48,444 nt of DNA, from the NCBI GenBank assembly GCA_003250155.1, contig QKHE01000090.1:1-48444 (forward strand), in the 5' to 3' direction. How positions within the stretch are numbered: the first letter of the stretch is position 1; the number at the start of each line of letters is the position of its first letter. Shown here piece after piece: positions 9,194 to 18,186 of the stretch. The notes under the pieces were generated by a model that worked only from the letters and a program-made list of their open reading frames with translations, had not been told where the DNA came from and made no database searches. Source of the DNA: Chloroflexota bacterium. Lineage in GTDB: Bacteria; Chloroflexota; Limnocylindria; Limnocylindrales; CSP1-4. The translations under genes and the position numbers were made by a program.

Positions 9194-9898
9194 ATGCCCA
9201 GTTCCAGCGACCACCCATCCCACGATCCGGAGCTGATCGCGGCGCACGCCGGCGGCGATCTCGCAGGGGCGCAGCTCGTGCTCGCGAGCCGGCTGACTTC
9301 CTCGTGCGAGGATTGCGCTCGCCTGCACGCCGACCTGCTGGCGCTCGCCGCCGCGACCCGGTCATTGCCGGCGAACGCGACCGCACCACGCGATTACCGG
9401 CTCAGCACCGACCAGGCGGAACGGCTCCGGCGGGGCGGCCTCGTCCGGCGCCTCCTCCGTCCGTTCGCCAATCCGGCGTCGGGCGTTCGGCCGCTGGCCG
9501 TCACCTTCAGCGGTCTCGGAGCGATCGGTCTCGCGGTCGTCATGCTGGTGCCGCTTCTCGGTGCCTCGATGGCGTCGGCTCCGGTCCCGGCTGCCGGAGG
9601 CGACGGGTTCACGGCCGCAGGCGCCACCGCGGCGCCGGCGGAGCAGCCCGTGTTCGGCGTCCTGCCGGGGCCGACCGCAGGGACGGCCAGGGACCACGTC
9701 GAGGCGACGGCGCAGCCCGGCGAGGCCGATGCCGTCGATGAGAACGGGTCCGGCCAGGCGAGTGGTGGCAAGACCGCCTCGGCCACGGCGTCGGTCGGGA
9801 CGAATCCGTCCACGATCCTGCTGATCGCCTCGCTCGTGCTCCTGGCGACCGGGGTTGGGCTGCTCGCCCTTCGGATCCTCGCCCGCCGCGTCGCCTGA
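9194..9898 (+). CDS. Putative membrane anti-sigma factor 2 (paralog of the upstream gene)
   Basis: Start moved to ATG 9194. DHPSHDPELIAAHA...SSCEDCARLHADLLA...RDYRLSTDQAERLR; two TM segments and a basic tail. Confidence 0.75.
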   Translation: MPSSSDHPSHDPELIAAHAGGDLAGAQLVLASRLTSSCEDCARLHADLLALAAATRSLPANATAPRDYRLSTDQAERLRRGGLVRRLLRPFANPASGVRPLAVTFSGLGAIGLAVVMLVPLLGASMASAPVPAAGGDGFTAAGATAAPAEQPVFGVLPGPTAGTARDHVEATAQPGEADAVDENGSGQASGGKTASATASVGTNPSTILLIASLVLLATGVGLLALRILARRVA

Positions 9899-9995
9899 CC
9901 GGCGGCGCGCCGCGCCTCGGTACACTTCCCGTACGGCGATCCGCCGCTGACCTGCCTCTCGACCGGAGGCTCGAGGAGATCCCACGAGGCGGCCC

Positions 9996-12920
9996 ATGGC
10001 ACGCCTGATGCTGCTCGACGGGTTCGGGCTCGTCTATCGCGGATATTTCGCGCTCCCGCCACTGACGACGTCGAAGGGCGAGCTCGTCAACGGCGTCTTC
10101 GGCTTCTGCAGCATCGTCCTGCGCGGGATCGCCGACCTGAAGCCGGATTACGTCGCGGTCGCGTTCGACCTCGCCGGCCCGACCTTCCGCCACGAGCAGT
10201 ACGCCGAGTACAAGGCCACCCGGACGCGGATGCCGGACGACCTGGCCGCCCAGTTCCCGATGGTCCGCGAGGTCGTGAAGGCGCTGCGCTTCCCGGTCTA
10301 CGAGATGCAGGGCTACGAGGCCGACGACGTCATCGGGACCCTCGCCGTCCAGGCCGAGGCCGCCGACGTCGAGACGACGATCGTCAGCGTCGACCTCGAC
10401 ATGCTCCAGCTCGTGAGCGACAGGACGCGGCTCATGACGACGCGCTCCGGCGTCGAGAACACGGTCATCTACGACCCGGCGCGGATCGATGAGCGATTCG
10501 GGCTACGACCGGACCAGATGATCGACTACAAGGCCCTGAAGGGCGACCCGACCGACAACATCCCCGGCGTGCCGGGAGTCGGCGAGAAGACCGCGGCCAA
10601 GCTCGTCGCCCAGTTCGGGACCCTCGATGCCCTGTACGAGCGGATCGAGGAGGTGAAGCCGGACAAGCTGCGCGAGAAGCTGCGCGAGAATCGCGACGAC
10701 GTGTTTCGCGGCCGCCAGCTGACGACGATCGTCCGCGACCTGCCACTGGCGCTCGACCTCGATGCCGCGCGCCTCGGCGACTACGACCGCGACACGGTCA
10801 TCCGCCTGTTCCGCGAGTACGAGTTCCGGACGCTCATCGAACGGCTGCCGGCGATGTCCGGCGAGGATCCCGCGGCGAAGATCCAGGCGCTGCGCGAGGT
10901 CGCGACGAGCGGCTCGGTGCCTGCCGCCAAGGTCGGCTCCGATCGGCCGGCGGGCTGGGGCGGCGGACGGCCGATCCGGGCCGGCAGCCTCGGCGGCGAC
11001 GGCCTGCAGCTGTCGCTCGATTTCGACGCGGTCGGCGGCAGCGGCACGACCGCCGCGCCACGGCCGGCCGCCGGGGGGGCGAGCGAGCGGTTCGACGACC
11101 TGGCGACGGCGCTCGCCGCGACGATCGCCGATCCGACGCGGATCGGGATCGTCGACCTCGAGGGGGTCGGCGCGCTGGAGCCCTGGCTGGCGGAGCAGAA
11201 GGTCGTCGGCGCGGCGATCGCGTCCGACGATCCGCGCCCGCGCCGCGGCATCGCCCAGGCCTTCGCCGTCGCGGGCCGTGACGGCCGCGTCGTCGTCGCG
11301 GCCGGGTCGGAGGCGTCGAGCACGTTGCGGGCTGCGGTCGAGTCGCGCGAGATCCCGATCGTGGCCCACGAGGCGAAGCCGATCCTCGTCGCGCGGTTCG
11401 CGGCGGATCCCGCGGCCCCGGCAACGGCGGTCGAATTCGACACCCAGATCGCAGCCTACATCCTGAACGCCGCGCTGCGATCGCAGGCGATCGCCGACGT
11501 CGTGGCCGAGCGCCTCGACCTCGTGCTGCCGCCGCCCAAGGAGCTCGATCCCGTGCATCGCGCCGGGCTCGAGGCGCTGGCGGCGCTCGCCGTCCGCGAC
11601 GTGCTCGCCCGGTCCCTCGAAGAGGAGGGCCTCGAGCGGCTGTTCCGCGAGATCGAGCTGCCGCTCGTCCCGATCCTGGCCCGGATGGAGGCGGACGGGG
11701 TCGCCGTCGACCTCGAGGCGCTGGCCGCGCTCGATCGCGAGTTCGGCGCGGAGATCACGCGACTCGAGGAGGAGATCTACGGCGCCGTCGGCCACCAGTT
11801 CACGATCGGCTCTCCGAAGCAGCTCGGCGACATCCTGTTCGAGGAGCTCAAGCTGCCGAAAGGCAAGCGCACGAAGACCGGCTACTCGACCGATGCGTCG
11901 GTCCTCGAGGAGCTCGTCGGCGTCCATCCGGTCGTCCAGCCGATCCTCGACTGGCGGGTCTATACGAAGCTCCGCTCGACGTATGTCGAGGCGTTGCCGA
12001 CGCTGATCGCCGACGACGGCCGCGTCCACACGACCTTCCACCAGGCGGTCGCCGCGACCGGGCGGCTGTCGTCCTCCGACCCGAACCTCCAGAACATCCC
12101 GATCCGGACCCCGCTCGGGCGGCGCATCCGCAGCGCGTTCATCGCCGGCGCGCCGGACAGCGTGCTGGTGGCCGCGGACTACTCGCAGATCGAGCTGCGG
12201 ATCATCGCCCACGTGTCGGGCGACCAGCACCTCAAGGAGGCCTTCGAGCAGCAGCTGGACATCCACCGCGCCACCGCCGCGCGAGTCCTCCACAAGGCGC
12301 CCGACGACATCACCGCCGATGAGCGCTCGATGGCCAAGATGGTCAACTTCGGACTGGCCTACGGGATGAGCGACTACGGCCTGTCGACACGGGCCGGCAT
12401 CAGCCGCCAGGAGGCACAGGACTTCATCAACTCGTACTTCGCCGCCTACAGCGGCATCAGCTACTACATGCTCCACATCAAGGAGACGGCCCGTCGGCAG
12501 GGCTTCGTGACCACGCTGCTGGGCCGGAAGCGCCAGATCCCGGAGCTGCATGCCGCGATCCCGGCCCTGCGCGGGGCAGGGGAGCGGATGGCGATCAACA
12601 TGCCGATCCAGGGCACCGCGGCGGACATCGTGAAGATCGCGATGATCCGGCTCGCCGAGCGGCTGGCGGCGGATGGCTTCCGGGCCCGGATGCTGCTCCA
12701 GGTACACGACGAGCTGCTGCTCGAGGTGCCGCGCGACGAGGTCGACCGGCTCGTGCCGCTGCTGCGCGAGACGATGGAGGGCGCCCTGCCGCTCGATGTC
12801 CCGCTGACCGTCGATGTCAAGGTCGGGACCGACTGGGAGTCGATGGCGCCGGTCTCGCGCCGCGATGCCGCGCTGGCCGAGGCCGACGAGGCGCCGGCCG
12901 CGAGTCCAACCGGCGGTTGA
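9996..12920 (+). CDS. polA: DNA polymerase I
   Basis: 5'-3' exonuclease (LLDG, YKATR, YEADD, GDPTDNIPGVPGVGEKTA); polymerase motifs TGRLSS, ADYSQIELR, AKMVNFGLAYG, QVHDEL; 3'-5' exo region degenerate. Confidence 0.98.
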   Translation: MARLMLLDGFGLVYRGYFALPPLTTSKGELVNGVFGFCSIVLRGIADLKPDYVAVAFDLAGPTFRHEQYAEYKATRTRMPDDLAAQFPMVREVVKALRFPVYEMQGYEADDVIGTLAVQAEAADVETTIVSVDLDMLQLVSDRTRLMTTRSGVENTVIYDPARIDERFGLRPDQMIDYKALKGDPTDNIPGVPGVGEKTAAKLVAQFGTLDALYERIEEVKPDKLREKLRENRDDVFRGRQLTTIVRDLPLALDLDAARLGDYDRDTVIRLFREYEFRTLIERLPAMSGEDPAAKIQALREVATSGSVPAAKVGSDRPAGWGGGRPIRAGSLGGDGLQLSLDFDAVGGSGTTAAPRPAAGGASERFDDLATALAATIADPTRIGIVDLEGVGALEPWLAEQKVVGAAIASDDPRPRRGIAQAFAVAGRDGRVVVAAGSEASSTLRAAVESREIPIVAHEAKPILVARFAADPAAPATAVEFDTQIAAYILNAALRSQAIADVVAERLDLVLPPPKELDPVHRAGLEALAALAVRDVLARSLEEEGLERLFREIELPLVPILARMEADGVAVDLEALAALDREFGAEITRLEEEIYGAVGHQFTIGSPKQLGDILFEELKLPKGKRTKTGYSTDASVLEELVGVHPVVQPILDWRVYTKLRSTYVEALPTLIADDGRVHTTFHQAVAATGRLSSSDPNLQNIPIRTPLGRRIRSAFIAGAPDSVLVAADYSQIELRIIAHVSGDQHLKEAFEQQLDIHRATAARVLHKAPDDITADERSMAKMVNFGLAYGMSDYGLSTRAGISRQEAQDFINSYFAAYSGISYYMLHIKETARRQGFVTTLLGRKRQIPELHAAIPALRGAGERMAINMPIQGTAADIVKIAMIRLAERLAADGFRARMLLQVHDELLLEVPRDEVDRLVPLLRETMEGALPLDVPLTVDVKVGTDWESMAPVSRRDAALAEADEAPAASPTGG

Positions 12921-12921
12921 C

Positions 12922-13368
12922 GTGGGGACCACGGATCGCGCCCAGCCAGATTCGGTCAATGACCGCCCGGAGAACGCGGCGATTCTCGCTCGCCTCAGGG
13001 AGGCGGCCGAGCCGGCGACGTCGGCGTATCGGCTGGGCGAGTGGGAGCTGCACGCCCATCCGGACCTGTGCGAGCGCCTCGACGACGTCGCGCCGGACGG
13101 ACGCCGCGTCGAGGTGTACGGGCTTCCGGGCCGGGCAAGCCCCGGCGGTGTGCTGTACGCCGTCGCCCGTGGCACCAGCGGCATCCTGCTGCGGTTGCCG
13201 GCCGGCTCGGCACGCGACGCCGTCCTTGCGAACGGCGGCGCGGTCGCCACGGACATCGATTCGGACTGGGTACGAGCCGACGCCTGGCTGACCGATGTCC
13301 CGAGCGCGGCCGGCCGGGCGTTGCTCGCCGGGTGGGTGAAGGCGGCACGGAGCGCCGCAGATGCCTGA
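12922..13368 (+). CDS. Hypothetical protein between polA and mutM
   Basis: GTG 1 nt after the polA stop; stop overlaps the mutM start; motifs HPDLCERL, YGLP, YAVARGT..LLRLP. Start uncertain. Confidence 0.65.
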   Translation: MGTTDRAQPDSVNDRPENAAILARLREAAEPATSAYRLGEWELHAHPDLCERLDDVAPDGRRVEVYGLPGRASPGGVLYAVARGTSGILLRLPAGSARDAVLANGGAVATDIDSDWVRADAWLTDVPSAAGRALLAGWVKAARSAADA

Positions 13369-14413
13369 GCTGCCCGAGGTCGAAACCGTGGCCCGCGACC
13401 TTCGCGGGCTGGTCGTCGGGGCTCGGGTCAGCGGGGTCCGCGTCGGATGGCTTCGAACCCTCCGATCGGGCGACGTCGAGGCGTTCGAACGGGCGGTCGT
13501 CGGACGGACGATCGTCGAGACGTCGCGCCGGGCGAAGCTGGTCGTGCTCGAACTCGATGGCGGAGCCGGGCCGGACGGCGTCCCGATGCCGGATGACGGA
13601 CTCGTCATCACCATCCACCTGAAGATGACCGGCCAACTGTTCGTCGTTCGGGCCGGCGCCCCCGAGGACCCGTACATTCGACTGGTGCTGGCGTTCGAGG
13701 ACGGTCGCGAGCTGCGATTCCGGGACATCCGCAAGTTCGGGCGCATCGGGCTGGCGTGGCGCGACCCGGTCAGCGGCGATCTGCGCGGCGAGCTCGGCGG
13801 CGGTCGGACGTTCAAGGGCTTCGGGCCGGAACCGCTCGATCCCGGCTTCACGGCCCGGGCGTTCGCGCGACGGCTTCGGCTGCGGCGCGGCCGGCTGAAG
13901 CCGCTGCTGATGGACCAGTCATTCCTGGCCGGCGTCGGCAACATCTACGCCGACGAGGCGCTGTGGGCCGCGCGGCTCCATCCGCTGCGCTCGGCCGCAT
14001 CGCTGCGGCCGGGCCAGCCGTCGCGCCTGTACCGGGAGCTGCGGCGGATCCTCGGCGAGGCTGTCGAGCGGCGCGGCTCCTCGATCGACGACTACACCGC
14101 GCCCGAGGGCGATGGCGAGATGCAGGAGCGCCTGCTCGTGTACCAGCGCGCCGGCGAGCCGTGCCCGCGCTGCTCGCGTCCGCTCCGCCGGATCGTTGTC
14201 GGCGGCCGCTCGACGCATTTCTGCTCGTGGTGCCAGCGCCTGCCGCCGGCCGATCGTTCGGGCGCAGCGTCGATTCTCCGCTCGATGGAGCCGCGCCCGG
14301 GGCGGGCCGCCGCCGGCCCGCGGACCGGCCCGAGCTGGACGGAGCTGGGCGGCGCGACACGCCGGGCCGCGGCCACCCGCCGCGCCTTGGCCAGGGCGTC
14401 GCAGGCCGGCTGA
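13361..14413 (+). CDS. mutM: Formamidopyrimidine-DNA glycosylase (Fpg)
   Basis: MPELPEVET, HLKMTG, DIRKFG, H2TH LMDQSFLAGVGNIYADE, zinc finger CPRC...CSWCQ. Confidence 0.96.
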   Translation: MPELPEVETVARDLRGLVVGARVSGVRVGWLRTLRSGDVEAFERAVVGRTIVETSRRAKLVVLELDGGAGPDGVPMPDDGLVITIHLKMTGQLFVVRAGAPEDPYIRLVLAFEDGRELRFRDIRKFGRIGLAWRDPVSGDLRGELGGGRTFKGFGPEPLDPGFTARAFARRLRLRRGRLKPLLMDQSFLAGVGNIYADEALWAARLHPLRSAASLRPGQPSRLYRELRRILGEAVERRGSSIDDYTAPEGDGEMQERLLVYQRAGEPCPRCSRPLRRIVVGGRSTHFCSWCQRLPPADRSGAASILRSMEPRPGRAAAGPRTGPSWTELGGATRRAAATRRALARASQAG

Positions 14414-16434
14414 TGTCGATCCTGCGACTCGAGGGCATCGGCCGCGAGATCGGCGCCTTCGTCATCCTCGACCGGGTGACGGCGGCGATCGCCCTCGGCG
14501 AGCGCGTCGGCCTCGTCGGCCCGAATGGCGAGGGCAAGACGACCCTGCTGCGGATCGCGGCCGGGCTGGATGAGCCCGATCACGGCCGTGTGACGCGCAA
14601 GCGCGGCCTGTCGCTCGGCATGCTGGCCCAGGAGGCGCACCTCGACGAGGCCTTCATGGCCGCGCCCGATCTTCGCACCGCCGTCCACCACGGCGCCGCC
14701 GCGCTCGAGCGGATGGCGGCCGAGCTGGAGGCGATGGAGCACGCCGGGCACGCCGCCGAGCCGGCGTACGCCGAGCTCCAGCACCACTTCGAGGCGCTCG
14801 GCGGCTACTCGCTCGATCACCGCGTCGACGAGACGCTCTCCGGGCTCGGCTTCACGGCGGCCGACCTCGGGCGCGCGCCGAGCTCGCTGTCGGGCGGCGA
14901 GCAGACGCGCGCGGCCCTGGCACGCCTCGTCATCGCCGACCCGGACCTGCTGCTCCTCGACGAGCCGACAAATCATCTCGACCTGGCTGCGCTGGAGTGG
15001 CTGGAGGAGCGCCTGCGACGCCGCCGCGGCTCGCTCGTCGTGGCGTCTCACGACCGCGCCTTCCTCGACGCGACCGTGACCCGCATCTGGGAGCTGCGCG
15101 ACCGCCGGCTGACGATCTTCCGCGGCAACTACGCCGCCTACGCGCGGCAGCGCGAGGAGCGCGACGCGCTCGCGGCCAGGGACGCCGAGACGCACGACGC
15201 CCGGATCGAGCGGGAACGGGAGCTCGTCCAGACCTACCGGAGCCATCGAAAGATCACCAAGATGCACGAGCACGAGGCCCGCCTCGGGCGGCTGGAGGCA
15301 TCGCGACCGGATGCGCCGCGGGCCTCGCGACGGCTGCGCCTGCCCGGCCAGGCGCTCGCCGGCGACGGGCCGATGCGCTCCGGCGAGATCGTCGTCCGCC
15401 TCGACGACCTCGTCATCGGCTACCGCCGCGTCGACGCTGCCGCCGCACCCGTCGAGGTCGCCCGGGCGCCGTTCCTGCACGCCAGCCGGGGCCAGCGGAT
15501 CGGGATCGTCGGGCCCAACGGCGCCGGCAAGACGACCCTGCTGCGCACGATCGCCGGCGAGCTGCCGCTGCTCGACGGGGCGATCGCCTTCGGCACCGGC
15601 GTCCAGCTCGGCTACCTCGCCCAGCTGCGGGCCGCGGCGATCCCGGGCGCGACGGTCATCGAGGCGCTGCTCGAGACGATCCCGGTCACGTCCGGCGAGG
15701 CGCGCGGCTACCTCGCCCGGTTCCTGTTCCGGGGCGATGACGTGTTCAAGGAGGTCCGGCGGCTGTCGGGCGGCGAGCGGTCGCGGCTCGAGCTCGCGCT
15801 GTTCGGCGTCATGCCCTCGAACCTCTACCTCCTCGACGAGCCGACGAACCACCTCGACATCGTCGCCCGCGAGGCGATCGAGGCGTTCCTCGCCGAGACG
15901 CCGGCGACGATCCTCGTCGTGTCCCACGATCGTCGCTTCCTCGACACGGTCTGTGAGCGGCTGTGGGTCGTCGACGACGGGCTGGTCGTGCCGTTCGATG
16001 GCGGCTATCGATCGTGGCGCGAGGCGGTCGCCGGCGGCTGGACGGCTGGCGCCGCCGCGGAGCGAGAAGCGGCACGCTTGCGGACGAGCGCGGGGCGCCG
16101 GGCCACGCCGCCGACCACGGTCCGTCCCGCCGCCGATCCCGCCCCGGCGCCCGCGACCGGGAAGAACGGTCGGCAGCCGGCGAAACCCACGCCGAAAGCG
16201 GAGCCTCGGCGGCGGCTGTCCAAGGACGCCTACCGTCGCCAGCGCGAAGTGCTCGACGCCGAGCTGACCCGGCTCGGCCTCCGCAAGAACCACCTCGAGC
16301 TGGAGATGGCGAACCCCGCCGTCCAATCGAACTTCATCGAGCTGCGACGGGTGACGAGCGAGCTGGCGGACGTCGATGCGGCGCTGACCACGACCGAGGA
16401 AGCCTGGCTCCAGCTCGAGGAGCGTGCCCCGTGA
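14413..16434 (+). CDS. ABC-F family ATPase (Uup-like, C-terminal coiled coil)
   Basis: Start moved to the TGATG overlap with mutM. Two NBDs (GPNGEGKTT/LSGGE/LDEPTNHLD; GPNGAGKTT/LSGGE/LDEPTNHLD); no TM segments. Confidence 0.92.
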   Translation: MSILRLEGIGREIGAFVILDRVTAAIALGERVGLVGPNGEGKTTLLRIAAGLDEPDHGRVTRKRGLSLGMLAQEAHLDEAFMAAPDLRTAVHHGAAALERMAAELEAMEHAGHAAEPAYAELQHHFEALGGYSLDHRVDETLSGLGFTAADLGRAPSSLSGGEQTRAALARLVIADPDLLLLDEPTNHLDLAALEWLEERLRRRRGSLVVASHDRAFLDATVTRIWELRDRRLTIFRGNYAAYARQREERDALAARDAETHDARIERERELVQTYRSHRKITKMHEHEARLGRLEASRPDAPRASRRLRLPGQALAGDGPMRSGEIVVRLDDLVIGYRRVDAAAAPVEVARAPFLHASRGQRIGIVGPNGAGKTTLLRTIAGELPLLDGAIAFGTGVQLGYLAQLRAAAIPGATVIEALLETIPVTSGEARGYLARFLFRGDDVFKEVRRLSGGERSRLELALFGVMPSNLYLLDEPTNHLDIVAREAIEAFLAETPATILVVSHDRRFLDTVCERLWVVDDGLVVPFDGGYRSWREAVAGGWTAGAAAEREAARLRTSAGRRATPPTTVRPAADPAPAPATGKNGRQPAKPTPKAEPRRRLSKDAYRRQREVLDAELTRLGLRKNHLELEMANPAVQSNFIELRRVTSELADVDAALTTTEEAWLQLEERAP

Positions 16435-17069
16435 CCGACCTCGAGCGCGGCCGCCCCCGAACCGTGCGGATCGGCCTCAGTGGTCCGATCGGCTGCGGCA
16501 AGTCAACCGTCGCCGGCTGGCTCCGCGAGCTTGGCGCGACCGTCGTTGACGCCGACGTCGTGGCTCGCGAGGTGGTCGAACCGGGGGAGCCGGCACTGGA
16601 CGCCGTCATTGCGACCTTTGGGCCTGCGCTCCGCCGCCCGGACGGTTCGCTCGATCGGGCCGCTCTCGGGCGGATCGTGTTCGACGACCCCGAGGCGCTG
16701 ACCCGCCTCGAGGCGATCGTCCACCCCGCCGTCCGCCCCCGGGTCCTGGCCGCGATCGCCGCCGCAGAGGCGGCGGGCGCCCCGGCGGTCGTGATCGAAG
16801 CGATCAAGCTGGTCGAGGGCGGCCTGGCCCGGTTCTGCGACGAGGTCTGGCTCGTGACGTGCGACGCGGGTTCGCAGCGCGCGCGGCTCGCGGCCCGCGG
16901 CCTGTCATCCGAGGAGATCGAACGACGGTTGGCTGCCCAGGGCGACATCCGGGTCCGGCTCTCGCCGGCCGCGACTCGGGTCGTCGACACCTCCGGGACG
17001 ATCGCCGCGACGCGTTCATCCGTCGAGGCGGCGTGGCAGGATGCGCTGAGGCCGCACCGCGCGCGCTAG
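16431..17069 (+). CDS. coaE: Dephospho-CoA kinase
   Basis: GTGA overlap with the ABC-F stop. IGLSGPIGCGKST, DADVVAREVV, LDRAALGRIVF, LEAIVHPAV; conserved polA-mutM-coaE context. Confidence 0.95.
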   Translation: MTDLERGRPRTVRIGLSGPIGCGKSTVAGWLRELGATVVDADVVAREVVEPGEPALDAVIATFGPALRRPDGSLDRAALGRIVFDDPEALTRLEAIVHPAVRPRVLAAIAAAEAAGAPAVVIEAIKLVEGGLARFCDEVWLVTCDAGSQRARLAARGLSSEEIERRLAAQGDIRVRLSPAATRVVDTSGTIAATRSSVEAAWQDALRPHRAR

Positions 17070-17084
17070 GTTCTCCCGACGGGG

Positions 17085-17969
17085 CTACGAGGCGGGGCTG
17101 GCCTCGGGGGTCGGAGCGGGCGTCGGCGGCGGTGTCGGCGTGGCGACGGCCGGCTGCGGCGGGATCGACGCGCTGGGATCCGGGTAGACGGGCGGGAACG
17201 GCAGCCCGTACTTCTCGAGAATCCGCGAGGTCGTGGCGCCCAGGCTCCGGACATCGACGTAGCGGACGTCCTGGTCGGGCCGCAGGGCGGCGCTGAAGTT
17301 CACCTGCCCGCTGGCGAGCATGTGATTGATCTCCTCGGCGACCGTGAGCGACGTCCGGATCACGTACAGGCCGCCGGTCCGGGCCAGGATCAGCACGTCC
17401 TGGTACGTCACCTTCGTGGCGAAGTCCGAGTAGTAGCGGCCGAGCGGCTCCAGATCGTCGCGGACTGGGATCGTGGTCGTCATGAAGATGTCGATCGTCT
17501 GGCCCGCCTGGAGCAGGCCGCCGACGGCGCGGTCGTCCGGGATCGTGATCGAGACCGCCCGCCAGGCCTCCGAATCGGGCGCGACCGTCTCGTTCGGTCC
17601 GAGGATCGAGAAGCCCGAGCCGGATGCGGCCGAGGCGACCATGTTCGAGTAGAGCGGCTGGCCCGCGGTGACCGGGATCGCCAGGACCTTGCCGACGAGG
17701 GTGTTCGGGTCGGTCACGATGCCGGCCTGGGTGATCTCGTCCAGCGCGACCTCGCGCAGCTGGAGCTGCGACAGCTGGACCGGCGTCCGTGCCGGGATCG
17801 CGACCGCGGCCACGACGACCGCGACGCGCGGCACCTCGACCGCCCCCGCATTCTGCTGCGCCTGGCTGAGGAGGTAGAACGACGCGCCGCCGGCGACGAG
17901 CGCGAGGACGACGCCGGCCACGACGATGACCTTGCCGCGGCGGCTGGTGTCCTTGTACTCCATCTCCAT
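17085..17969 (-). CDS. cpaB: Flp/Tad pilus assembly protein CpaB/RcpC (SAF domain)
   Basis: N-terminal TM, VVVAAVAIPART SAF domain, RAVSITIPDDRAVGGLLQAGQTIDI; Pro/Thr tail. Start at ATG 17969 with GGAGG upstream. Confidence 0.8.
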   Translation of the reverse strand: MEMEYKDTSRRGKVIVVAGVVLALVAGGASFYLLSQAQQNAGAVEVPRVAVVVAAVAIPARTPVQLSQLQLREVALDEITQAGIVTDPNTLVGKVLAIPVTAGQPLYSNMVASAASGSGFSILGPNETVAPDSEAWRAVSITIPDDRAVGGLLQAGQTIDIFMTTTIPVRDDLEPLGRYYSDFATKVTYQDVLILARTGGLYVIRTSLTVAEEINHMLASGQVNFSAALRPDQDVRYVDVRSLGATTSRILEKYGLPFPPVYPDPSASIPPQPAVATPTPPPTPAPTPEASPAS

Positions 17970-18141
17970 GGGGTCGAGCGATCCTCCGGCGAGCTGTGGT
18001 GTGGCCTGTCTGCCCGTGGATGGGCGGACCGGGACACGCCCGGCGTGACGGGGGCAGTGTCGACACGGGGCACCGGTGTCGATATGGGCGGGTCGTACCA
18101 CGGCGGCGTTCCCAACGGTCCGGTCGGGCCGTCCGTAGGCC

Positions 18142-18157
18142 TCGAACGCCCGTTCGA
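18142..18157. promoter_or_regulatory. LexA (SOS) box upstream of uvrB
   Basis: Perfect TCGAAC-gccc-GTTCGA, the Gram-positive/Chloroflexota-type GAAC-N4-GTTC; overlaps the -35 position of the TAGACT (18175-18180) promoter. Confidence 0.85.
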
Positions 18158-18186
18158 AATCCCGATCGGAATGCTAGACTTCGGGC

